Of a DNA stretch of 64,000 bases, positions 53,305 to 62,557 are shown piece after piece. A program made the translations under genes and the position numbers. This DNA comes from Alphaproteobacteria bacterium (lineage in GTDB: Bacteria > Pseudomonadota > Alphaproteobacteria > CAAHEQ01 > UBA3637), in NCBI GenBank assembly GCA_045613285.1, contig JAZLAQ010000007.1:485-64484 (forward strand), given 5' to 3'. The notes below the pieces were generated by a model that was given only the letters and a program-made list of their open reading frames with translations, ran no database searches and was not told the DNA's origin. Position 1 is the stretch's first letter. The number at the start of each line of letters is the position of its first letter.

Positions 53305-53353
53305 AAAAATATTTCGAAAATATTTTTACAAGGTGGTTTATTTTGGATAGGGG

Positions 53354-53382
53354 TTGCTATTTTAAAATAAATCGGTTATAAT
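53354..53382 (+). promoter_or_regulatory. Sigma70-like promoter of RNA module 1
   Basis: TTGCTA-17 bp-TATAAT. Confidence 0.7.
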
Positions 53383-53388
53383 TTATAT

Positions 53389-53595
53389 TACAGGGATTGC
53401 CCATCCCTGTGTGGATTTAGAAATCCAATATCATCACGGGCAGAGGAGGGATTTATCTCCTTTTTTGTCATAGGGCATTCACTCGTCGCAGGGTGGATGC
53501 CTGCCAAATAGGGTTTTGCCTGAATAGGCAGGACTATTTTTCGTGATGATTGTAGTTTCTAACATCCACCCGCTGATTTAAATCGGCGGGTTCTT
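53389..53595 (+). ncRNA. C4/CI-like antisense module 1 (target hairpins + three-way-junction RNA at 53491-53571)
   Basis: Stems GGGTGGATG/CATCCACCC, CCTGCC/GGCAGG and ACTA/TAGT. CGTGATGAT and TTTCTAA are complementary to ATCATCACG (53430-53438) and TTAGAAA (53417-53423). Confidence 0.7.
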
Positions 53596-53633
53596 GTTTA
53601 ACAAGGTTGGGATTTGTATGGAAAATAAATATC

Positions 53634-53662
53634 TTGCGAAAAAACAGAAAATCATCTATACT
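53634..53662 (+). promoter_or_regulatory. Sigma70-like promoter of RNA module 2
   Basis: TTGCGA-17 bp-TATACT, at the same offset from the first hairpin as in module 1. Confidence 0.65.
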
Positions 53663-53668
53663 GATGTG

Positions 53669-53884
53669 GCAAGAATAGCCGATTCTTGTTGTGGGTTTCA
53701 ACGCCCTATGATTTATACGGATAAAACAGAGATACTTTTGTCTCTCTGGTATTTTATCGGGCATACCATCTATGTGTTGGGTGGATGCTTGCTGAATATT
53801 GTTTTTAATTTAATAGGCAAGACTATTTTTCGTATAAATCATAGTGTTGAACATCCACCCGCTGATTTTATCGGCGGGTTCTTT
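53669..53884 (+). ncRNA. C4/CI-like antisense module 2 (three-way-junction RNA at 53779-53860)
   Basis: Same scaffold with compensatory changes. CGTATAAATCATAG and GTTGAA are complementary to CTATGATTTATACG (53706-53719) and TTCAAC (53697-53702). Confidence 0.7.
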
Positions 53885-53904
53885 GGAATGAAAGCGAGGT
53901 AGTT

Positions 53905-54363
53905 TTGGCAATTTGTACTTTCTTTGGACATAGATTTTTAGTCTTTGGAACCGGTTTGATACGGGAGCCATTGGAAAATAAGATTCGGGATTTAATAGTC
54001 AATCATCAGGTCGATACTTTTTGGTGTGGTGGTAAAGGGAGTTTTGATTCGCTTGTTTTGGAAACATTAAAGAAATTAAAACAGGAATTTTTCCCCCATA
54101 TTCAGATTACTTTAGTATTAGCAAACATACCAACCAATAAAGAAATTTATCAGTCTTATCAGCGGGCTTACGATACAATCTTTTATCCTGATGGTATAGA
54201 AGGATTGCCCCGATTTGGTATTTTTCGACGAAACCGTTGGATGGCTGAAAACACAGATTATGTTATCTGTTATGTCCGAACAGAACAAGGCGGTGCCTAT
54301 GATTCAATGAAATACGCCCAAAAAAAAGGAAAGACAATTTTTAATTTAGGTGCTAATCATTAA
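53905..54363 (+). CDS. DUF1273/YspA-like SLOG family protein
   Basis: CTFFGHR, GGKGSFD, RNRWM, GGAY...YA.KKGK.I.NL; TTG start after a GAGGT RBS. Confidence 0.75.
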   Translation: MAICTFFGHRFLVFGTGLIREPLENKIRDLIVNHQVDTFWCGGKGSFDSLVLETLKKLKQEFFPHIQITLVLANIPTNKEIYQSYQRAYDTIFYPDGIEGLPRFGIFRRNRWMAENTDYVICYVRTEQGGAYDSMKYAQKKGKTIFNLGANH

Positions 54364-55612
54364 AAGTATCTTTAAAAATTTCAATAAATTTTGTATAACC
54401 GGACTTATTTAATTGTTCTTTCTGGAATTTGGCATTGCTGTTTCGAGTGGTAACCAAAACACGAACGCCTGTCTGTCGCAGTGTGTTAGCTTGGGCTAAT
54501 ATATCACCGATTTTTGATTTATCGGCTTTCTTATCAATTAAAAAGGCAGTGTTTTCCGTTTGTGTTTGTACCTGAAAATTATTGTCCTTTAAAACAGCCA
54601 AAATTCGTTCTAAACCGATGGAAAAACCACAGGCAGGAACAGGACGTCCTAAATATTTACCTATCATTTTATCATACCGGCCACCACCAGCAACAGATAA
54701 ATGGAAGGCTTCTAATTCAACTTCAAAAATCGGTCCGGTATAGTATCCCATGCCACGAACCAATGTCGGATCAAAAACAATTTGTCCTTTATTTTCCAAT
54801 AAACGAGTTGTTGTTTGAATAATTGTATCCAAATCAGATATCATTGATGTATCGCTGATGGTCAATCCTTTTTGTTCTAAATAATTGGCGACTGATGTCG
54901 GTTTGTCTCCTAAATCCGAATAGAGAGAAACATATTTGTTGACGGAATCTTCATCAAATCCTTCTGTCAACAGAGTTTGTTTAACACCGTCCAGACCGAT
55001 TTTATCCATCTTATCCAAAATAATGAATACAATATCCAGTTTTTCTTCTGGTAAACCGCAGAATAAAGCCATTTCCTTTAACAACCGCCGATCGTTGATG
55101 CGAACTTTGAAACTTCCTAAATTCAGTCGGTAAAGCATTTCGGATGTTGCCGATATCAATTCAATTTCTGCCAAATTTGAGGAATCGCCCAATATGTCAA
55201 TATCACATTGTGTGAACTGGCGAAAGCGTCCTTTTTGCGGACGGTCAGCCCGAAAAGATGGTCCCATTTGAAAAGCTTTGAACGGGTTCGGTAATTTGTC
55301 GCTATTGTTTGCGTAAAAACGGGCCAGTGGTACTGTTAGATCATATCTTAAACCAAAATCGCACATATCTTCAGTCGATGTGGCGTTTGCCAATTTTTCG
55401 CCTCGCTTTAAAATTTTAAATATAAGTTGTTCGTTTTCGCCCCCTTCTTTATTCGTCAGATTTTCAATATGCTCAATCAATGGTGTTTCGATTAAATCAA
55501 ATCCGTATGTGCGATATGTATCTTTGATTAAACGCATAACATATTCACGAATAACCATATCCTCCGGTAATTGTTCCGGCATTCCTTTGACAGGCGTTTT
55601 GATAAATTGCAT
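54353..55612 (-). CDS. hisS: Histidine--tRNA ligase
   Basis: LRYDLTVPLAR, RADRPQKGRFRQFTQCDID, LVRGMGYYTG, GGGRYD. Confidence 0.95.
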   Translation of the reverse strand: MQFIKTPVKGMPEQLPEDMVIREYVMRLIKDTYRTYGFDLIETPLIEHIENLTNKEGGENEQLIFKILKRGEKLANATSTEDMCDFGLRYDLTVPLARFYANNSDKLPNPFKAFQMGPSFRADRPQKGRFRQFTQCDIDILGDSSNLAEIELISATSEMLYRLNLGSFKVRINDRRLLKEMALFCGLPEEKLDIVFIILDKMDKIGLDGVKQTLLTEGFDEDSVNKYVSLYSDLGDKPTSVANYLEQKGLTISDTSMISDLDTIIQTTTRLLENKGQIVFDPTLVRGMGYYTGPIFEVELEAFHLSVAGGGRYDKMIGKYLGRPVPACGFSIGLERILAVLKDNNFQVQTQTENTAFLIDKKADKSKIGDILAQANTLRQTGVRVLVTTRNSNAKFQKEQLNKSGYTKFIEIFKDTFND

Positions 55613-55694
55613 ATTTGGCCCCTTTCTTCTGAAAAATAAAGTGCACTTATACTAGCATATTTTTTTGTAAAATTCAAGTCAGAAAAATATTATT

Positions 55695-57389
55695 CTAGCT
55701 ACCAATGAGTTGATAAGAGGGCCATTCGCCGGTTGCTGTTCTGTCCAAGGAAAGAAGTGGTTCATTCATGAGAGTTCTGTAAATCCAATAATTGACAATA
55801 ATTCGTTCTACAAAACTGCGTGTTTCACGGGATGGAATACTTTCTAAAAATAATAACGGGTCATTACAATTCATTTTTTTCTTCCACTTGATGAGATTGC
55901 CGGGGCCGGCATTATAGGCAACGGATAAAAACATCAGATTATTCCCGACCGCCGGCATATTCATTAGTTTTAATAAATAATTTTGTCCAAGTGATAAATT
56001 GTAGGCAGGATCTTTCAACAGTTGTTTTTTATAAGGATATTGAAGTGTATTGGCTAATTCACGGGCAGTATCCGGCATCAGTTGCATTAAACCTAATGCA
56101 CCGGCCGAGCTTTCAGCCCGATGGTTAAAACAGGATTCTTGACGGACAAAGGCATAAACAAGAGCTTTATCGACTTTCCATCCGTCTTTGGGAATCCAAT
56201 TCGGTGCTGGATAGCGGGTGCTGTTGTCTCCTAAAGTACCGGTTAATCCCAATAAATCGGCATCAAACCCTTGTTGCTGGGAAATCATCAGTAAAATCCC
56301 TTTTGCTTCCGAATCGGCTTCTAAATACAATTTTGATAATTCTTGAGTTGCCCATTCGTCTTTTCCTATTTGCTTTAGGGCATAATATCTTTCTAATGCC
56401 GGATGTGAAAAATTTCCGCCGACATCATCGGTTGGGAGTGCTGGTTCATCCCAAACATGGTTTAGATCTTGAGCTAATAAGCGCATCGCTAAAATACCGT
56501 AAAATATCCGTTGATATTTAGCAGCCTTTTCTAAGTATGGGCGGACTTTGTCATATGTTCCTGTTTTTAAAAAACAACGAGCGGCCCAAACGGAAGCAGA
56601 AGCTTCTAGTAAAGGATATGTCTTTTTGTGGTTTGCTGCTTGCGTAAAATAGAGGCCGGCCTGTTCATATTTTTCCTGACGCCAGCTGACAAGTCCAGCC
56701 ACCCAATAAGCTTGTGGAATTTTATCACCGGAATGTTTTAACGCCTGTAAAATAAATGACAGTGCTAGTTCATCTTCTCCGTCAATAAAATATGAAAAAG
56801 CCAATGCCGTACGCGCCGAATCATGATCGGTGTATGAAAACAGATTTTGGGCTTCTTTGGATTCAACGAGTTGACGGGCATTTAATGTTTTACCACGATT
56901 AATATAGCGGTAAATCTGAGACATTATCTTTTTTGCTTGTTTCCTACGTTCTAGAGATAAATAAGAAAAACTGTTATCTCGTATCAGATCAATCGGTTCT
57001 GGACGATAAACGGCAGAGCATGTACCGACGTGTCCTCCGAACAACCCTTTAGGCTTTTTTTTAGGAAGATCGGCTTTTTTTTGTTTTCCTAAAATATAGA
57101 TATCACCGGCCAAAGGTAAATCTGAATATTTTTTTAGCCAATTTTTGATTTCATTTTTGCCTGTCCTATAGACAGAAGAAAAATAACGGTCATATAAAAT
57201 ATAGCCTGTCAGTAAATCGTTTTCTAATTTTTTTTGCTGATTTTCTGCTTCCTGAAAACGGGATTGTTCCTGTAAAGTAAATATTTTTTGATAGGTTTTA
57301 ATATCAGAATCAGACAAAATCGGCATGGCTGACACAATCCCGATTCGTCCAAGTAAAAAAATTAGACAGGCAATTGAGCAAAATCTCAT
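55695..57389 (-). CDS. Soluble lytic transglycosylase (SLT domain)
   Basis: RQESCF, GALGLMQLMPDTA, AYNAGPG, ETRSFV. Confidence 0.9.
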   Translation of the reverse strand: MRFCSIACLIFLLGRIGIVSAMPILSDSDIKTYQKIFTLQEQSRFQEAENQQKKLENDLLTGYILYDRYFSSVYRTGKNEIKNWLKKYSDLPLAGDIYILGKQKKADLPKKKPKGLFGGHVGTCSAVYRPEPIDLIRDNSFSYLSLERRKQAKKIMSQIYRYINRGKTLNARQLVESKEAQNLFSYTDHDSARTALAFSYFIDGEDELALSFILQALKHSGDKIPQAYWVAGLVSWRQEKYEQAGLYFTQAANHKKTYPLLEASASVWAARCFLKTGTYDKVRPYLEKAAKYQRIFYGILAMRLLAQDLNHVWDEPALPTDDVGGNFSHPALERYYALKQIGKDEWATQELSKLYLEADSEAKGILLMISQQQGFDADLLGLTGTLGDNSTRYPAPNWIPKDGWKVDKALVYAFVRQESCFNHRAESSAGALGLMQLMPDTARELANTLQYPYKKQLLKDPAYNLSLGQNYLLKLMNMPAVGNNLMFLSVAYNAGPGNLIKWKKKMNCNDPLLFLESIPSRETRSFVERIIVNYWIYRTLMNEPLLSLDRTATGEWPSYQLIGS

Positions 57390-58075
57390 TGGTTTAACGG
57401 AACAAGTTGAACACGTTTTTGACAAGCTTCCAAAGATAATTTACCCATCTTACATTCTTTAACTTCGTACTGTGGTAAAGCATCCATAGCAGTGCATTCA
57501 GGACCAATCATAAAAAACGGACGTTCTTGTTTTGCTTTCTTTTTAACGCCGTTAAAAGTTAAAGAATTGGCGTTACCGTTATAAGAAACCTCTAAAGTTA
57601 AAACATCCAATGTTTGGTTTGTCTTGTTTGTCAAAACAAAGTCGGCGCCGCAATAAGACATATTTCTTGCATAAGGCAGAACAGCGTTTACATTTTGGAT
57701 TTCAATTTGTAAATTTCCTTCATCCCCAGTTTCTTCAGTTGTGTTTTCATCTTCGGATTGTTCTGAAATATCCTGTGTTTCAGAATTTGTTGAAGCAATA
57801 TTGTTTGTGGAATTATCTGTGGCGGATAGGGGATTATCTTCAAATAAATTAAATTCTTCAAATATTGGTTCTTCGTTGTCTTTAAAATCTGATACAAATA
57901 AATCAATTTTTCCTTTTGGAATATCAGTCGGCTCTTCCGAAACAATCGGTTGAGGTTGCTCTACCGGCTGTGTAACTTTGAACTGTCCCTGTAATTCAGG
58001 GAAAAGTACATTCGTTTGTGCTAAAACGGGAGTGTTGAATAAAATTAAAGAAATACCGAATAAAAGTTTTTTCAT
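57386..58075 (-). CDS. Hypothetical exported acidic protein
   Basis: Signal peptide MKKLLFGISLILFNTPVLA; AAGGAG RBS; C-terminal domain with 4 Cys. Confidence 0.7.
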   Translation of the reverse strand: MKKLLFGISLILFNTPVLAQTNVLFPELQGQFKVTQPVEQPQPIVSEEPTDIPKGKIDLFVSDFKDNEEPIFEEFNLFEDNPLSATDNSTNNIASTNSETQDISEQSEDENTTEETGDEGNLQIEIQNVNAVLPYARNMSYCGADFVLTNKTNQTLDVLTLEVSYNGNANSLTFNGVKKKAKQERPFFMIGPECTAMDALPQYEVKECKMGKLSLEACQKRVQLVPLNQ

Positions 58076-58200
58076 GTTTGTCTCCTTATACAGTTTCAAA
58101 TTGACAATGAATTAAAAATAGGATAGTATATCTAATATTCTATTTTAAACCAATAATAAAAAAATGACAACCTTTTTATTTGCTTTTAGGAGTTTTTTTT

Positions 58201-59070
58201 ATGAAAAAAGTGACTTTGATTGCTCCGTCTTCTCCGGAAAATGCATTGACACCGGCCACAATTGCTTTATTGAAAGACAGGTTTGAAGGATGGGGATATC
58301 GGCTTCATTTGGGAACCCATATCATGGATGAAGATAGATATCTGGCAGGTTTTGATGCTGACCGGGCAAAGGATATTATGGATGCTTTTGAAGATGATGA
58401 AACGGATATCATTATGACCATTCGAGGGGGGTATGGTAGTCCTCGGTTATTGGATAAATTGGACTATGAGTCAATTAGGCGACACAAAAAACCATTTTTT
58501 TCATTTAGTGACGGGACGGCTTTACAAATGGCTTTATATGCTTGTGCCGGTGTTGAAGGGTATACCGGTATGCAGGGAAATTTTTTGTGGAAAAATATTC
58601 CGGAAAGTCTGATCAAATCATTTGAAACTGTTTTGAACGGACAAAAATTAAACTGGAGCGGACTATCCGTGCAAGTTGGTGGACAAGTAGAAGGTGTTAT
58701 GATTGGTGGAAATCTGGTTGTTTTGGAATCCCTTGTGGGGACACCCTATTTTCCTAACATGAGCGGTAAAATTTTGTTATTGGAAGAAGTTAATGAAGAA
58801 CCTTATAAAGTAGATAGGATGTTGGCTCATTTGCGATTAGCCGGTGTTTTAGATGAAGTTGCCGGTGTCGTTTTAGGGGATTTTTCTACGTGTGTTTCGG
58901 ATAATCAAAAAAAAGAAAATATTGATGTTGTTTTAGCGGATTATTTCGGTGGTTTGAAAGTCCCTGTCGTGTGTCAGGCTCCCTATGGACATCGGAATGG
59001 TCAATCTGTGTTTCCGGTTGGAAAACGAGTATTATTAAATGCAGATACAGGAATAATAAAGGAAATTTAA
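58201..59070 (+). CDS. ldcA: LD-carboxypeptidase (S66)
   Basis: IAPSS, RGGYG, FSDGT, GGNL, LEEVNE.PY..DRML, YGH. Confidence 0.88.
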   Translation: MKKVTLIAPSSPENALTPATIALLKDRFEGWGYRLHLGTHIMDEDRYLAGFDADRAKDIMDAFEDDETDIIMTIRGGYGSPRLLDKLDYESIRRHKKPFFSFSDGTALQMALYACAGVEGYTGMQGNFLWKNIPESLIKSFETVLNGQKLNWSGLSVQVGGQVEGVMIGGNLVVLESLVGTPYFPNMSGKILLLEEVNEEPYKVDRMLAHLRLAGVLDEVAGVVLGDFSTCVSDNQKKENIDVVLADYFGGLKVPVVCQAPYGHRNGQSVFPVGKRVLLNADTGIIKEI

Positions 59071-61332
59071 ATGAAAACAGAATTATTGGCACCTGCCGGT
59101 GATATTGAAGCGGCATATAGTGCTTTTTATTATGGGGCAGATGCAGTTTATTTGGGGTTACGGCAGTTTTCGGCACGGGCAGAAGCTGTCAATTTTGCGC
59201 CTGAAGAATTAGATGAAATAACGGCTTATGCCCATGCAAACGGGAAAAAGGTTTATGTAACCGTTAATACGGTGATACAGGAAAACGAATTGCCGAACCT
59301 GATGGAAATATTGAAGGTTTGTGATAAATGTCGGGTAGATGCCGTTATCGTTCAGGATTTGGGTGTTGCCAGATTGGTCAGACAGTTATTCCCGAATTTG
59401 GAGTTACATGCCAGTACTCAGATGGCTGTTCATAATTTATCGGGGGCGTTGGCTCTAAAAAAAATGGGTTTTCGACGGGTTGTTTTGGCACGTGAATTGT
59501 CTTTGAATGAAATACAATATATTAAAAACGAATCCGGATTGGAAATAGAGGTTTTTGTTCATGGTGCCTTATGTTATTCATATAGCGGATTGTGTCTGTT
59601 TTCATCTTTAACAACCGGTCGCAGTGCCAATCGGGGAAAATGTGTCTATTCTTGTCGAGATATCTTTCGTCTGAATGGTCGGCAATATCATCCCTTTTCA
59701 ATGAAAGATTTGGCTCTGGAAAAAGATATTCTGAAATTGGAAGGAATTTCGTTGAAAATTGAAGGGCGTAAGAAAAATGCTTTGTATGTTGGGGCAGTGA
59801 CGGATTATTACCGTCGTATTTTAGATACGGGTAAAATGAATATAGGCCTGACGGATAATTTAAAACAGATTTTTGCAAGACCTTGGACAAAACTGCACTT
59901 TAACGGGCGCAGAAAAGATGTAACAGAACCTGATTTTGTCGGTCATCGTGGATTGGAAATTGGCACTGTTGATAAAGTTTTTAATCAAACAATTACCTTT
60001 AAACCTAATCGATCTATTGCCCGTTATGATGGTGTCCAGATAGATGTTATCGGTCAGGAAAAACCGTTTGGATTCTCAGTAGAAAAGTTGACGGTGAACG
60101 GGAAAAAGGTTTTTGAGGTACCGGCGGGACAAACTGTTATATTGACATTGCCGCCACGGCATCCTTTTATCCAAAAAGGAAGTGTTGTTTATTTAGCATC
60201 TTCTACACGGGTTAAAGGGGCTTATCCTTATACAAAACCGCGTCCGAATGAGTTTAAAAACAGAACGGATATTGAAGTTAGTATTTATGTCCAACCAGAT
60301 AAAATAACGGCTTGTACGGATGGGGCGGTTGCAGAAATTCAGGAAAGTTTTGCGAAAGCCAAAAATGTACAGAAAGTTTCTGAAAGTATTCAAAAGGCTT
60401 TTGAAAAAACAGGGGATACACAGTTGTCTTTAAAAGAACTGACAATACAGAATCCGGATGATTTGTTTGTACCGGCTTCTGTTTTGAACGAACTAAGACG
60501 GCAGTTATATGGAAAAATCAGTGTTCCGGAGAAAAAAATTATCTTGCCAGATACACCTTTGTTAAAACGCAAGAAAAAAACAGAACCGCTTTGGATTATG
60601 AAAACGGATGATTTGAATTTGGTAGAAAAAATATCTGAGTTTGACGAGTTGATATTTGTTCTGACATCAACAATGACACCGCATGATTTGGAAAAATTAC
60701 CAAAAGATAAAATTAGGTTAGCTCTGCCAGCGGTAATGCGACCGGAACAAGTGTGGAAAAAAACAGTGGATTCCTTTATATCGGCGGGATATCAAAAATG
60801 GGAAATCGGAAATCCGGCTGGTTTTGCCTTGTTGCCTAAATCGGTGGATGTAACACTGGATAGTACAATTACGATGATGAATACGCAGGCTGTTGAACAG
60901 GCTTTGGAAAACGGTGTTTCCCGTATTACTTTTTCGGTGGAAGATACCGGTGATAATATTAAAGCATTGTCCGAAAAGACAAAACAGACAGCATTTGTTT
61001 TGTATCAGGATATTCCGCTGTTTATATCGGATAACTGTGTACGGGAAAATGATTGTCGGATGTGTGATAAAAAGCGTTTAGAAACCGAATTGATGAACGG
61101 TAAAGGGCAGTATCGTCTGATATCCGAACGGTGTCAAACGGTTGTTATATCGGAGCAGGCTTTTGCTGTTCCACCAAAGGAAAGAAATTTATCGGCGGGG
61201 GCTTACCGAATAGATTTCTGTTATCGCCATTATACGGTACAACAGGCACTGTCCATTATCGAAAATATTAAAAATGGTCGATCTGTTCCCCGAACAAACA
61301 GTGGTAATTTTGATAAACAGTTTGCAAAGTAG
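59071..61332 (+). CDS. Long U32 family protein with DUF3656 (RlhA-like)
   Basis: ELLAPAG, HASTQM, HGALCYSYSGLCLFSS, LKIEGR, KTGDT...LNELRR. Confidence 0.85.
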   Translation: MKTELLAPAGDIEAAYSAFYYGADAVYLGLRQFSARAEAVNFAPEELDEITAYAHANGKKVYVTVNTVIQENELPNLMEILKVCDKCRVDAVIVQDLGVARLVRQLFPNLELHASTQMAVHNLSGALALKKMGFRRVVLARELSLNEIQYIKNESGLEIEVFVHGALCYSYSGLCLFSSLTTGRSANRGKCVYSCRDIFRLNGRQYHPFSMKDLALEKDILKLEGISLKIEGRKKNALYVGAVTDYYRRILDTGKMNIGLTDNLKQIFARPWTKLHFNGRRKDVTEPDFVGHRGLEIGTVDKVFNQTITFKPNRSIARYDGVQIDVIGQEKPFGFSVEKLTVNGKKVFEVPAGQTVILTLPPRHPFIQKGSVVYLASSTRVKGAYPYTKPRPNEFKNRTDIEVSIYVQPDKITACTDGAVAEIQESFAKAKNVQKVSESIQKAFEKTGDTQLSLKELTIQNPDDLFVPASVLNELRRQLYGKISVPEKKIILPDTPLLKRKKKTEPLWIMKTDDLNLVEKISEFDELIFVLTSTMTPHDLEKLPKDKIRLALPAVMRPEQVWKKTVDSFISAGYQKWEIGNPAGFALLPKSVDVTLDSTITMMNTQAVEQALENGVSRITFSVEDTGDNIKALSEKTKQTAFVLYQDIPLFISDNCVRENDCRMCDKKRLETELMNGKGQYRLISERCQTVVISEQAFAVPPKERNLSAGAYRIDFCYRHYTVQQALSIIENIKNGRSVPRTNSGNFDKQFAK

Positions 61333-61373
61333 AATAAAGATGTTATATGGATAAAAAAAGAAAGGAATATAAA

Positions 61374-62180
61374 ATGAAAAAATTAAAATTTATTTTAAAA
61401 TGTTTTGTGTATTTATTGATTATTTTGATAGCTTTGGTTGTTGGTGTGTATTTCTTTTTAGGAACGATAGTGGAAAAAGCGATTGTTAATGTTGTTCCGC
61501 AGGTTACACAGACAACGGCAAATGTAGATAAGGTGGATTTATCTCTGTTGAGCGGTCGGGTTGAAATTTTAGGATTAAAAATCGGTAATCCCAAAGGGTA
61601 CAGTGATAACAATATTTTTGAATTGGGTAAAATTTTAGTGACTTTTGAACCGAAGTCTGTTTTAACGGATAAAATAGTTGTTAATTCGGTGGAAATTGTT
61701 GGGACAGGGGTATCTGCCGAATTGAAAGACTTAAAGAGTTTGGATACAAATGTCAGTCAGTTACAAAAGAATATTGAATCGTATTTGGGATCTTCAGAAC
61801 AGAAAAATATACCAGAAAAAGAAAACCCAAAAACAGCTGAAAAAACAAAGTCAGGTAGTGGTAAAAAAGTTGTTATTAAAGATTTAAAAATAAATGATAC
61901 TAATGCTTCTTTTGGTGTTTCTGGTAAAACGGTAACAATTCCGTTGCCTGATATCCATAAAACCGGAATCGGTGAAGGAAAAGAAAATAAATCTTTCGCT
62001 GAAATTGTAGCGGATATTTTGAATATGATTTCTTGGGAATCTGTTAAGGCAACGGGAACTGCTGTCAAAGATTTAACCAAACAAGGCATTAGTGAAGTTA
62101 AAAATATGATACAAGAAAACAAGGCATCTTTGGAAGAAAAAACGAAGGGTGCTATTCAGGGATTAAAAGGCTTGTTTTGA
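61374..62180 (+). CDS. AsmA-like membrane-anchored protein
   Basis: N-terminal TM, LSLLSG...GL.IGNPKGY, IPLPDIH..GIG. Confidence 0.7.
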   Translation: MKKLKFILKCFVYLLIILIALVVGVYFFLGTIVEKAIVNVVPQVTQTTANVDKVDLSLLSGRVEILGLKIGNPKGYSDNNIFELGKILVTFEPKSVLTDKIVVNSVEIVGTGVSAELKDLKSLDTNVSQLQKNIESYLGSSEQKNIPEKENPKTAEKTKSGSGKKVVIKDLKINDTNASFGVSGKTVTIPLPDIHKTGIGEGKENKSFAEIVADILNMISWESVKATGTAVKDLTKQGISEVKNMIQENKASLEEKTKGAIQGLKGLF

Positions 62181-62265
62181 TAAAAAAATCAGAATAACCC
62201 TTGACAAAACGGACTTCCGTTCATACCTGTTCAATGTTGTTTTTAGTTAAAAAAAAGGGGGAAAA

Positions 62266-62535
62266 ATGACAAAAACAGAAATGAATACGGAAAATAAATT
62301 GACGCCGGAAGAAAAAAAATTATTGAAAAGCGAAGTTAAAAAAGCTTGGCAAGAGTTTCCTATGGAAATGAAAAAGTTTTTAATTGAAGTAAAAAAAGAA
62401 AAATTAAAGGCTTTGTACATGATTGAAGGTTGGGCAAAAGACAACGGACATCAGACAATATTGGATTTAATATCACGCAAGATTGCCCATAAAGAAGAAA
62501 AAATTAAACAATTAGAATCAGAATTAAATTCATAA
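62266..62535 (+). CDS. Hypothetical small basic protein
   Basis: 89-aa ORF with a purine-rich RBS and an upstream TTGACA promoter-like element. Confidence 0.65.
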   Translation: MTKTEMNTENKLTPEEKKLLKSEVKKAWQEFPMEMKKFLIEVKKEKLKALYMIEGWAKDNGHQTILDLISRKIAHKEEKIKQLESELNS

Positions 62536-62557
62536 ATTCAGAAAGGAGGATACCCAA

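Noticed and set aside
53491-53860. Purine riboswitch, hammerhead ribozyme or tRNA as the identity of the three-way junctions
   Set aside because: The purine-aptamer junction consensus, the CUGANGA/GAAA core and a T-loop are all absent. The variable loops are instead explained by complementarity to the upstream targets.
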